Source of the DNA: an uncultured Polyangiaceae bacterium
GTDB taxonomy: Bacteria > Myxococcota_A > Polyangia > Polyangiales > Polyangiaceae
Assembly: GCA_964551615.1 (NCBI GenBank)
Contig: CAZKDY010000023.1
Location: 20,294 to 84,293 of the forward strand
Direction of reading: 5' to 3'
DNA: 64,000 bases
A program made the position numbers and the translations under genes. The notes under the pieces are model-generated. The model had not been told where the DNA came from. It saw nothing but the letters and a program-made list of their open reading frames with translations, and did no database searches. Positions 1 to 8,577 of the stretch are shown one piece after another. The first letter of the stretch is position 1. Every line of letters begins with the position of its first letter.

Positions 1-1
1 T

Positions 2-1135
2 GGGGACGGCAAGCCCGAGGTGGTGCTCACCGGCAGCAACCGCGTGGATATTCTAGAAGGCCTCACGGGCGCCTCAGTGCTGACCACCGCGCTGCCAGAC
101 AGCGGCGGCGGACCGCCTACGGTGGCCGACTTTGACGGAGATAAGCTGCCAGAGATCGGCGTGGCGCAGAAGAACGTCTACGTGATGGTCAAGCCGAACT
201 TCAGCACCTCGACCATCGACGTGGTCTGGTCAGCGCCCAACCACGACCTCAGCTCCAACGTCACAGGCTCGAGCGTGTTCGACTTTGACGGCGACGGTAA
301 GGCCGAGGTGATTTACGCCGATGAGTGCTTCTTGTGGGTGTACGACGGCGCGACGGGCGCGGTGCTGCTGGCGGAGCCGACCACGTCGTTTACCGGCACT
401 GAGGCCTCGGTCGTGGCGGACGTAGACGGCGACGGTCACGCGGAGATCGTGATGGTCTCAAACGGCGCGGACCCCAGCGCCTCTGGCTGGAAGTGCGATG
501 TTGCCCCATGGAATCAGCCAGACCCGGCCATGAACCGCAAGGCCTGGGTCAAGCCCGCCGGCGCGCCGGCCTACCGCGGGATCACCATCTTCGGCGACCG
601 CGAGTCGAGCTGGGTCGGCACGCGGACGCTCTGGAGTCAGGCTGCCTACTTCGTCAGCAACATCTGCGACTCCCGCGACAGCGCGTGCCCAGCGCCGGCG
701 ACCTACGGCGCCATCCCAGCAGTAGGGCAGCGCAACTGGGAGCTCAGCTGGCTGAACAACTTCCGGCAGAACGTGCAAGATGGCGGGCTGTTCAACGCGC
801 CCGACGCGGTGATCAGCCTGAGCGTGCTGTGTACGAGCCCGGTGTCATTTCAGGTACGAGTCCAAAACCAAGGCCTGAGCGGCCTGCCAGCCGGGGTCAA
901 CGTCGCGGTCTTCGACGACGCCACCAATACTCAGGTCGCCAGCGGCGTCACCTCACGAGTCCTGCTCCCAGGCCAATCCGAGACCCTGCTGCTCACTGCC
1001 AGCGCCACGGCGCTCACCGCCAAGGACACCTTCGTCGCGCGGATCATCATCGACCCCATGAACCGCACCTTCAATGAGTGTCGCGACGCGAACAACCAGA
1101 GCGCACCCGCGACTGGACGTTGCGGACCGTCTTGA
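2..1135 (+). CDS. FG-GAP/VCBS-repeat protein with CARDB-like C-terminal domain (5' end cut by window edge)
   Basis: The frame is open from base 2 (GDGKPEVVL...) to TGA at 1133-1135. It has repeated Ca-binding FG-GAP motifs 'DFDGDKLPEI', 'DFDGDGKAEVIY' and 'DVDGDGHAEIVM'. The C-terminus 'VRVQNQGLSGLPAGVNVAVFDD...IIDPMNRTFNECRDANN' looks CARDB-like. Confidence 0.7.
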   Translation, partial: GDGKPEVVLTGSNRVDILEGLTGASVLTTALPDSGGGPPTVADFDGDKLPEIGVAQKNVYVMVKPNFSTSTIDVVWSAPNHDLSSNVTGSSVFDFDGDGKAEVIYADECFLWVYDGATGAVLLAEPTTSFTGTEASVVADVDGDGHAEIVMVSNGADPSASGWKCDVAPWNQPDPAMNRKAWVKPAGAPAYRGITIFGDRESSWVGTRTLWSQAAYFVSNICDSRDSACPAPATYGAIPAVGQRNWELSWLNNFRQNVQDGGLFNAPDAVISLSVLCTSPVSFQVRVQNQGLSGLPAGVNVAVFDDATNTQVASGVTSRVLLPGQSETLLLTASATALTAKDTFVARIIIDPMNRTFNECRDANNQSAPATGRCGPS

Positions 1136-1165
1136 GGTCTTGGGTCAAGTGGCAGCGACGACGGC

Positions 1166-2803
1166 CTAGCGCGCGAAGAACGCCAACGCCGTGTTGAAGC
1201 GCGCTTGTTCGTTGGTCACGATGCGCCGGATCCCCGACACGCTGGTCTGCTCCAGATCGACCGGCACCGCCACCGGCTGGGGGTTACCCGCAGAGTCCGT
1301 CACCAAGCGCAGCGCCGGGCGATGGTAGCTCGCGTTGCTCTTGGCCGCGGACACGATGGCCCACTCGCCTCCTTCAAGCTCGACCACCGTCCCGGTTGGC
1401 AGCACACCGAGCGCGCGAGCCAACAGGCGCACCACGCCATTGTGCAGCTCTGGCGCGCGGATCAGCGCGCCGAGCGCCGCGGGGGGAGCTAGCCCAGCGG
1501 CGCCGCTCGCAGGCGCGACCTGCGCCAGGTACGCCCGAGCGACCACCAACAGCTGAGAGCTGAGCAGCCCGTTGGCTTGTCCGGCGTAGAGGGAGCCAAA
1601 CTCGTCTTGGCGTTCAAGCCAGGCGACCTCAAAGGTCGCGACCGTGCGTAGCCAGGCTTGGGGCTCCCAGCCACCGCTCAAAATCATCACGGCGCTGGTC
1701 GCCTCCAGGCTGCTCGGCTCGCCCTGGTTGGACACCTGGGCGGCCCCACAGCCCGCGACCTTGACTCGGCCTACCTCGGCCAGCAGCGCCGCCAGCGCTA
1801 ACTCCCCAAGGATACGTCGATCTTTGGTGAGCAGGCGCGCCATCGCGAGCAGCAACAACGCCGAATGAACGCAGCGCCCGGCCACGTCGCGGTGGGTCTT
1901 CGCCAGGGTGGCTAGGTGCAGGAACGCTTCTTCGCCGCTGAGCGCGCTCATCACCCAGCGCTGCGCGAGGCGCTTGACCCGCTTGGGGAGCAGCGACGAG
2001 CCCTGCGCGATGTTGGCGTAGTAGCCGCGCATCACCGCGATGCTCACCCCGTAAAGCTCCAACATCCGGCTCGCCGGATCTTGCTCTGCGGAGCCGAGCG
2101 GCAAGTACCCGAGCGCAGGCACCGCGCGCACCTCGACCCGCGGATTACTCCACTGGGTGAGCTTTTCAAGCCGGACCCCGGAGGGAGTCCCGCTGGTGGC
2201 GGTCCCAGTCAGCACCGCGTTCCAAGCGCCGACCAGCTGGATCAAGTCGTGGCCGGAGACGCCGGGCGCGATACAGATCTCGTTGGCGCCAGCGCTGCGC
2301 AGCAAGTGTCCGACCTCGCGCGCCGCCTCGTAGGTGATCCGCCCGGCGCGCAACAAATCGCCGCAAACAAACACTAAATCATCGACGAACGTCAGGCGCA
2401 CGGAGCGGCCCGAGATCTCAGCAAAGCGCCTGAGGGCCGCCGTCGCTTGCTCGGCGGAGAGCAGCACCGCGGCGTTGTCGATGCGGTGGACGCGCGCGTT
2501 CTTGATCAGTCGAAACAGCGCCGTGATCGGCTCTGCCGCTTCCGCACGAATCCGTGAGCGGTTGCTCTCGGGCGGCAAGCTCGAGCGCTGCTGCGCCGCA
2601 GGGTGGCTTGAGCGCTGCTGCGCCGCTGGTATAGATGGCGCGGTCGGCTGCTGCCTCGCGCCGGGGGCTGGAGTCAAGCCGCCCGCCAGGGTCTCGCGCC
2701 GCGGTTGGCGCGCGGACACCGGACCGACGTGCTCCACCGCTGGTGGTGCGCTCTCGAGCGGGATACGTGGCTCAGTAGGGCGCTCGCGAAAACTGTCTGA
2801 CAT
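1166..2803 (-). CDS. Regulatory protein with degenerate HD-GYP-like C-terminal domain
   Basis: 545-aa ORF whose ATG overlaps the upstream kinase stop (TGATG at 2803). It has HD-GYP-like patterns 'THRDVAGRCVHSALLLLAMARLL' and 'GVLPTGTVVELEGGEWAIV'. The expected HD dyad position reads 'LLAEVGR' instead. The N-terminus is low-complexity with the duplicated 'PAAQQRSS'. Confidence 0.6.
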   Translation of the reverse strand: MSDSFRERPTEPRIPLESAPPAVEHVGPVSARQPRRETLAGGLTPAPGARQQPTAPSIPAAQQRSSHPAAQQRSSLPPESNRSRIRAEAAEPITALFRLIKNARVHRIDNAAVLLSAEQATAALRRFAEISGRSVRLTFVDDLVFVCGDLLRAGRITYEAAREVGHLLRSAGANEICIAPGVSGHDLIQLVGAWNAVLTGTATSGTPSGVRLEKLTQWSNPRVEVRAVPALGYLPLGSAEQDPASRMLELYGVSIAVMRGYYANIAQGSSLLPKRVKRLAQRWVMSALSGEEAFLHLATLAKTHRDVAGRCVHSALLLLAMARLLTKDRRILGELALAALLAEVGRVKVAGCGAAQVSNQGEPSSLEATSAVMILSGGWEPQAWLRTVATFEVAWLERQDEFGSLYAGQANGLLSSQLLVVARAYLAQVAPASGAAGLAPPAALGALIRAPELHNGVVRLLARALGVLPTGTVVELEGGEWAIVSAAKSNASYHRPALRLVTDSAGNPQPVAVPVDLEQTSVSGIRRIVTNEQARFNTALAFFAR

Positions 2804-5661
2804 CAGCTGTCCCCCTGTGTGTCACCCGTGACGGTACGCTGCCGCACGGTATCAATCGCTCTAGAAGCAGCCTCGCGCACGCGCTCGCTGTTGCGAAAGC
2901 GCCTGCCCACCTCGCGCTGCAGCGCCTCCAGCGCCGGAGCCCCAGCGCCCACGCGCCCCAGCAGCTCCGCCGCCAGCTCACGGCTCTCATCGTGGGCGCG
3001 GGTGGTGACCAGCTGTGACCTGCCCAAGAGCTCGAGCGCGATGTCCGCGGCTCGCGATGGCAGCAGCTTCTCGAGGGTGGCGAGCGCCAGCTCGCGCTCC
3101 GCGCGAGACAAGCTGTCGAACAACTCCGAACGGATACGCAGCGCCAGCGCTGGCCCGACGGCTTTGACCTCATGCTCTCCGACGCTGTGCAGCACGCCGA
3201 GGCGCACCTCGTCGCTCGGGTCTTCAAGCAGCTGCTTGAGCTCAAGGCTTACGCGCTCTGAAGAAGCGCCGAGCGCGGCCAGCGCCTCCAGGCGCACGAT
3301 GGGCTCAAGGTGTCGGCACGCGTCTAACAGCGCGGCGCGCCCGGCGTCGCTCTTGAGCCCACCCAGGCCGCGCACCAGCGCCAGCGCGCCCGCCAGGTCG
3401 GCGGCCAGGATCGCGGCACCCAACGCGGCTTCGCTTCCGCGTGCATTCACTAACAGCTGCGCCAGCAGGTCGCGCTTCAAGCGCGCGCTGGCCACTCGAC
3501 ACAGCCCCTCGCACAGCGTTGAGCTATGGCTGGCGTCCAGGATGCGCCCCAGCCGCGCCCAGAGCAGCCCGCGCTGCTCATCGGGCAGCGCGTCGAGCTC
3601 CATCAGCGCGCTCAGCAGCAGCTCAGGCGTGAGGACTCTGGCGATCAGCGTGCCGCGCAGCGTCGCGTCGCGGCCCGCGATCTCGACCAGCCCGAGCGCG
3701 AACTCTAGGCGCAGCAAAGGCGCCGTGCGCGCGAGCGCCGACAGGCAGCGCTCGAGCTGCACCAGCATCGGCTCCAGCGTGCCCGCGCGCACGGCGTGCA
3801 TGAGCCCGCTGCTAGCCACATACACGTAGCGGTTGACCCCCGGCTCGCGCTCCTTCTCTAGGCTCCGCCCGACCTCCGCCGCGCGCCCGGCTTCTTGCGC
3901 CAACACGTCTGGCAGAGCGCGCTCGTTCGCCCCCAGCGAAGCCTCCAGCTCCGAGCGCCAGCCGTCCGCGGCGCCGCTCGGCTGCATGACCGCGCTGCCC
4001 CGGAGCTGTTCCCAGCAGTCTTGTAGCTGCATGCCGGTGTCGAAGCGCGCGACCGCCGCAACTTGATTCCTTACGGATTCAAACTCAGCGCGCGCGTCGC
4101 CGTCGCCCTCGACGAAGATGTCCACGGTCTGACACGTCACGTGCGCCAGGTCGGCGTCCCACAGCAGCGTGGTGAAATCATGCAGCGGATCTTCATCCAG
4201 ATCGCTGAGTAGGCAGGCTGACAGCTGATCCCACTCGTGCCGCTCAAGGCCGCGTCGCAGCCCCAACACGCGAACACCGTCAGCGAACAGCCGATAGGGG
4301 ATGCGCGCGAACGAACCCTTGGGTTCCCAGACGGCTTGATCGGCCAGCACGAACGCGTAGGGGGTGAGGTTACACAACAGGGCGCCGTCGCTCGCGGCCA
4401 ACCCCTCGTCCACCGCGGCCCAGGCGCGATCGTGGGCACGCACCGCCTCGGGGTGTTGTGCGCCGTACTGGACCTCGGCGCGTAGCGCGCGCTCCCAATC
4501 GGCGAACACCTGGCGCAGGGCGAGCACCTCGTGATCGGTGACGGGAGCCAGCCCCGGCGCTGAGCCACCCAGCTCATCCCCTCCACCCCCTCGCCCACCA
4601 GGCGCGGGGGCTGACGAGGCGGCGGGTGCGATGGAAGCTGCACGACTGGCGACTCCAGACGGGCGGTCCGAGCTGAGATCCGGCAACCTCGGTGCCCCAG
4701 GGATATATGTACCGAGCAGGCTGGCGTCCACGTCCCGACCGTCAGCGGGTCGCTCGGTCTGCGCGACCGCCCCCTTGAGCTGGCGAACGCTGCTCGCGAA
4801 GCGCCCTAGCTCGGCGAGCTCTGGCGCCCGACCGGCGCGCCGCACAGCGCGATACATCGCGGCAGCCGACTGGTAGCGCAGCTCGGGGTCACGCATCAAC
4901 GCGCGGTCCACTAGCTCGGCTAGCTCAATCGGCGCCTCGGGCAGCAGCTGAGCGAAGCTCGGGCGCTCAAAGCTGCCGCGCCCGGCGATGGTCGAGCCTC
5001 GCGCCAGCGGCGTCTCGCCGGTGAGCAGCCTAAAGCAGATCGCCCCAAGCGCGAACAGATCGCCCCGTTCGTCCATGGCGCCGGTGCCATGGCTCAAGCG
5101 CTCTGGCGCGACGAACGCAAGCGACGCCGCCTCACCGCCCAGCTCACGCAACCGCGCGAAACCAAAATCACGGATGCAGAGCTCCCCCGAGTCGAGCACG
5201 ACCAGGCTCTGGGGCCGCAGATCGCGGTGGATGATGGCTTGACCATGAGCGACGTCCAGCACCTCGAGGGCGCTGCCCATCCAGCTCAGGCACTGCGCCG
5301 GGCTGACCTCTTGACCTGCCTCGAGCAGGTCCGACAGCGCGACGCCACCCACCAAGTCGCTGACCAGATACGGGGTACCTTCGTGCAGCCCGGTGTCGAG
5401 GACGCGCCGGCACCCTGGGTGCTTGATCTGGTTGGCGATCAATGGATCCCTGAGGAAGCGCTCGGTCAGCTCAGGGATCTTGGCGAGCTCCGGGCGCAGC
5501 GCGCGCAACGTCGCGCGGCGCCCCTCTGGAGCCTCCACCAGGTAGCCTCGCGTGAGCTCGCCTGAGCCGAGGGCCTCGAGCACGCGCCATTGATCCCCGA
5601 TCACGCTACCGACGGCGTAAGGCGCTTGACTGGAACTGTTGCGCAGCAAAGGCATAGACAA
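2803..5661 (-). CDS. Ser/Thr protein kinase with long HEAT/ARM-like C-terminal region
   Basis: Hanks kinase motifs in the N-terminal ~290 aa: 'HRDLRPQSLVV', 'DFGFARL', 'FVAPERL'. The C-terminal ~450 aa is helical and repetitive ('DEVRLGVLHSVGE', 'EPIVRLEALAALG'). Confidence 0.85.
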   Translation of the reverse strand: MSMPLLRNSSSQAPYAVGSVIGDQWRVLEALGSGELTRGYLVEAPEGRRATLRALRPELAKIPELTERFLRDPLIANQIKHPGCRRVLDTGLHEGTPYLVSDLVGGVALSDLLEAGQEVSPAQCLSWMGSALEVLDVAHGQAIIHRDLRPQSLVVLDSGELCIRDFGFARLRELGGEAASLAFVAPERLSHGTGAMDERGDLFALGAICFRLLTGETPLARGSTIAGRGSFERPSFAQLLPEAPIELAELVDRALMRDPELRYQSAAAMYRAVRRAGRAPELAELGRFASSVRQLKGAVAQTERPADGRDVDASLLGTYIPGAPRLPDLSSDRPSGVASRAASIAPAASSAPAPGGRGGGGDELGGSAPGLAPVTDHEVLALRQVFADWERALRAEVQYGAQHPEAVRAHDRAWAAVDEGLAASDGALLCNLTPYAFVLADQAVWEPKGSFARIPYRLFADGVRVLGLRRGLERHEWDQLSACLLSDLDEDPLHDFTTLLWDADLAHVTCQTVDIFVEGDGDARAEFESVRNQVAAVARFDTGMQLQDCWEQLRGSAVMQPSGAADGWRSELEASLGANERALPDVLAQEAGRAAEVGRSLEKEREPGVNRYVYVASSGLMHAVRAGTLEPMLVQLERCLSALARTAPLLRLEFALGLVEIAGRDATLRGTLIARVLTPELLLSALMELDALPDEQRGLLWARLGRILDASHSSTLCEGLCRVASARLKRDLLAQLLVNARGSEAALGAAILAADLAGALALVRGLGGLKSDAGRAALLDACRHLEPIVRLEALAALGASSERVSLELKQLLEDPSDEVRLGVLHSVGEHEVKAVGPALALRIRSELFDSLSRAERELALATLEKLLPSRAADIALELLGRSQLVTTRAHDESRELAAELLGRVGAGAPALEALQREVGRRFRNSERVREAASRAIDTVRQRTVTGDTQGDS

Positions 5662-6077
5662 ACCGAGGCTAGAGAGCGGGCAGAAAGCGAAGCTGCTGGT
5701 GGGGCCACCAGCTGGGAATCAATCAATGCCCTCGAGGTCCCCAACCCCAGAGTTGCCTAACCAGCGTGGGCCGGGAGCCCCCACCGAGACGGGGACAGAC
5801 AACGATTTGGGGGCACCGAGAACTACCAGGCTGGCGTGTAGCGAAAGGTCGTACGTGGAGCTTATACGAGTCCGGCCGAAGATACCAAGCGGTACCTGCT
5901 CAGCAGGCAAGAAAAAGCGTCCGCTGCACCAACCACCGAACCACGGCCGTTAGTCCTGCGCTCCGAAAACCCCCACAGGGCACCAAACCGAGACACCGCC
6001 CAACGCCGGGGATAAACGCTTGGCGTGTCGTACTGGGCCTTGCAACGACAGCAAACCCAGGTAATGGACGGGTCGTG

Positions 6078-6233
6078 ATGGACAATGGCTTAGTGAACTT
6101 GGCTGCGATCGTAGGCTCCCTCGTGTGCGCGATGAGCTTGATCCCCGTGATCTTTTTCCTGAACTCCAAAGGCGAGACCGCGGAGCCGGCAGCTAGCAAG
6201 CAGTTTGCCTGGAAGGACGAAGAGGACATCTGA
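6078..6233 (+). CDS. Possible 51-aa single-pass membrane peptide
   Basis: ATG at 6078. The product is 'MDNGLVNLAAIVGSLVCAMSLIPVIFFLNSKGETAEPAASKQFAWKDEEDI', one hydrophobic helix plus an acidic tail. GC3 is high like the neighbouring genes. There is no clear SD, and it lies directly upstream of the GH15 gene. Confidence 0.3.
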   Translation: MDNGLVNLAAIVGSLVCAMSLIPVIFFLNSKGETAEPAASKQFAWKDEEDI

Positions 6234-6237
6234 GCCA

Positions 6238-8577
6238 TTGCGACGCGGCGGAGCGCACCCAAGGCGGCTCAGCTTCGCCCGCGCGCGGGTGTTCGGTCTC
6301 GCCGGCTTGGCCCTGCTGAGCAGCTCGGCCAGCGCTCAGGTCTCAGCCCACCGATCGGCGACCACGTTGGTCTCAACCAACGGCCGCAGCGCCGTGGTCT
6401 ACTCGGTGCCCGACCAGCGCGTGCAGGGCTTCTTGGAGCACATCTACCGCTCCCAGAGCAGCGGCCAGCAGACCCGCGATTTTGCCTACGACAGCTACGC
6501 CGGCCTGCGCGTCGGCGCGGACGCCCAGTGGCTGACCGACGTCACGCCGTCGCTGGTTGAGTACGAGACCGGCACCGGCATCATCCATATCCGCCGGGAA
6601 TTACTGGACGTCAGCGTGGACCAGTACGTCTTCGCGCCGATGGATCTGGCAGAGCACGCGTACATCGACCTGGTGCGCGTCACCCGGGGCGGGGCGACCG
6701 CCGCCGCGGTTGATGGCTTCTTTCTGTACAATTTCCACCTAGGAGTTGGCTCACCAGAGCCCAGCGCGAGCGGTGAGACGCTGGCCTGGCACAGCGAGAG
6801 CGGCTCGTTCTTGGAGTGGGGCGACAGCGGCGCCGCCCTTGGGTACGCCGGGGTGACGCCGCCGAGCCATCATGGAGCGTCTCCAGAGGACCCCTTCGCG
6901 CGGCTGTTAGCCGGCTCAGACCTTGGCGACAACGCCGGCAGCGGCGGCGCGATGGATGACGCCGTGGCGGGGCTGCAGTGGTCACTGGGCAGCCTCTCGC
7001 CAGGCCAGAGCGCCTGGTTTGGCGGCTTCGTGGTGCTCGACGCTGCGGGGGACGTGGTGCCCCGGGTGCGCGAGGTGCAGCGCTTTATTTCCTCACGGAC
7101 GCCCGAGCAGGTGCTGCAGGCAGAGCGCGGCGCTTGGACCACCTGGCACGCAGCGGGTGTAGCCCCGGCTGGCAGCGCCCTCGAGCAGGGCCTGCTGAAG
7201 CAGTCGCTCGCGGTGCTGCGCATGGGTCAGGTCGCGGAGGCGGGGCGCGGTAACGGGCAGATCCTGGCCAGCCTGCCCACTGGCATGTGGAACATCGCTT
7301 GGGTCCGCGACATGGCCTACGCGGTGGCCGCGCTGATCCGCAGCGGTCACCTGGCCGAGGCGAAGCGCGCGCTAGAGTTTCAGCTCAACGCCGACTCGGG
7401 GCACTACGCGGCCGAGGTCGGGCGCGCCTACCAGATCTCGATCACTCGTTATTTCGGCGACGGCGTGGAGGAGACTGATTTCAACGAGTTCGGCCCCAAC
7501 ATCGAGTTCGACGGCTTTGGCCTGTTCTTGTGGACCCTCCACGAATACGCCCGGGCCGGCGGCGATATGAGCTTGATTGAGCAGCGCTGGCCACAGGTCA
7601 GCCGCGACGTGGCCGACGTGCTGCTGAGCTTGCAAGAGCCGTCAGGCTTGATCGCCGCCGACTCGTCCATCTGGGAGGTGCACTGGGACGGGCAGCAAAA
7701 GCACTTCGCGTACACCACGCTGACCGCGGCCAACGGCCTTTGCCGTGCGGCACTGTTGACTGATGCCTTGGGCGACGCCGCTAGAGCCCAGACATATCGC
7801 GACGCAGGCCGCGCGGCTCAGCGCGCGCTGCTGACCCAGCTCAGCACAGCAGACGGCAGCATCGCCCAGAGCTTAGAGGAGCTCGAGAGCAACTCGGGCT
7901 TCTTAGACGCCGCGGCCATTGAAGCGGTCGGGCTCGGCTTAGTTGACCCCCGAGGCCGCGCGGCCAACGCGACCTTGGCCGCGATGCGCAGCGCGCTGGT
8001 GCCAGCGAGTCGACGCGGCTTCTTCAGGAACGACGACGGCGGCTGGTACGACAACCAAGAGTGGGTGTTCGTCGACCTGCGCACGGCGCACGCGCTGCGC
8101 AAAATGCGAGACACCGGGGCCGCAGAGCTGCTCAGCTGGGTGACCGCTCAAGGCGCCGATAACTTCAACCAGATCGCTGAGCTGCACGACGAAAAGAACG
8201 CTGATTACCGCGGGGAGGTACCAATGGTCGGGTTCGGAGCGGGAGCATATATTTTGGCGCTGCGAGATCGCGAGGCGCCTGACGATCTGATCCCGTGCGG
8301 CGTGTACGCTGACGCAGCGGGTGCTGCGGGCAGCTCAGGCGCTGGCGGCGCAGGCGCTGGCGGCGCAGGCGCTGGCGGCGCAGGCGCTGTGGCCGGCGCC
8401 GCTGGCGGCTCTAGCGCGGCCAGCGAGGCCGAGTCAGGCTGTGGCTGCAAGCTCAGCGCACAGCCCACGCGCCAGGGCCCCAGCCGGCGCCAGCCATTCA
8501 GCTTGTACGCCCTGTTCGGCCTCAGCGCCCTGGGGCTGCTTCAGCGCCGCGCGGCAGCACCGCGAGGCGCGTCGTGA
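6238..8577 (+). CDS. Glycoside hydrolase family 15 (glucoamylase/glucodextranase-like), secreted, with MYXO-CTERM-like tail
   Basis: GH15-type motifs 'WNIAWVRDMAYAVAAL' and 'ADSSIWEVHW'. The N-terminal signal has 'HPRRLSFARARVFGLAGLALLSSSASA'. The C-terminus has a (GAGGA)n linker, then 'GCGC', a hydrophobic helix and 'QRR'. The start is uncertain: TTG 6205 in the ORF track, TTG 6238 chosen here. Confidence 0.8.
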   Translation: MRRGGAHPRRLSFARARVFGLAGLALLSSSASAQVSAHRSATTLVSTNGRSAVVYSVPDQRVQGFLEHIYRSQSSGQQTRDFAYDSYAGLRVGADAQWLTDVTPSLVEYETGTGIIHIRRELLDVSVDQYVFAPMDLAEHAYIDLVRVTRGGATAAAVDGFFLYNFHLGVGSPEPSASGETLAWHSESGSFLEWGDSGAALGYAGVTPPSHHGASPEDPFARLLAGSDLGDNAGSGGAMDDAVAGLQWSLGSLSPGQSAWFGGFVVLDAAGDVVPRVREVQRFISSRTPEQVLQAERGAWTTWHAAGVAPAGSALEQGLLKQSLAVLRMGQVAEAGRGNGQILASLPTGMWNIAWVRDMAYAVAALIRSGHLAEAKRALEFQLNADSGHYAAEVGRAYQISITRYFGDGVEETDFNEFGPNIEFDGFGLFLWTLHEYARAGGDMSLIEQRWPQVSRDVADVLLSLQEPSGLIAADSSIWEVHWDGQQKHFAYTTLTAANGLCRAALLTDALGDAARAQTYRDAGRAAQRALLTQLSTADGSIAQSLEELESNSGFLDAAAIEAVGLGLVDPRGRAANATLAAMRSALVPASRRGFFRNDDGGWYDNQEWVFVDLRTAHALRKMRDTGAAELLSWVTAQGADNFNQIAELHDEKNADYRGEVPMVGFGAGAYILALRDREAPDDLIPCGVYADAAGAAGSSGAGGAGAGGAGAGGAGAVAGAAGGSSAASEAESGCGCKLSAQPTRQGPSRRQPFSLYALFGLSALGLLQRRAAAPRGAS
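8341..8385. repeat. 15-nt tandem repeat x3 (gctggcggcgcaggc), in-frame Gly/Ala linker of the GH15 gene
   Basis: Three perfect adjacent copies at 8341-8355, 8356-8370 and 8371-8385, encoding 'AGGAG' units. Confidence 0.9.

Noticed and set aside
8341-8385. Short perfect tandem repeats considered as possible CRISPR-like arrays (8341-8385, 16756-16928, 39601-39645, 48216-48332, 27621-27650)
   Set aside because: The units are directly adjacent with no spacers and are 15-48 nt long. All but the 27621-27650 pair are in frame within coding low-complexity linkers. No cas genes are present.
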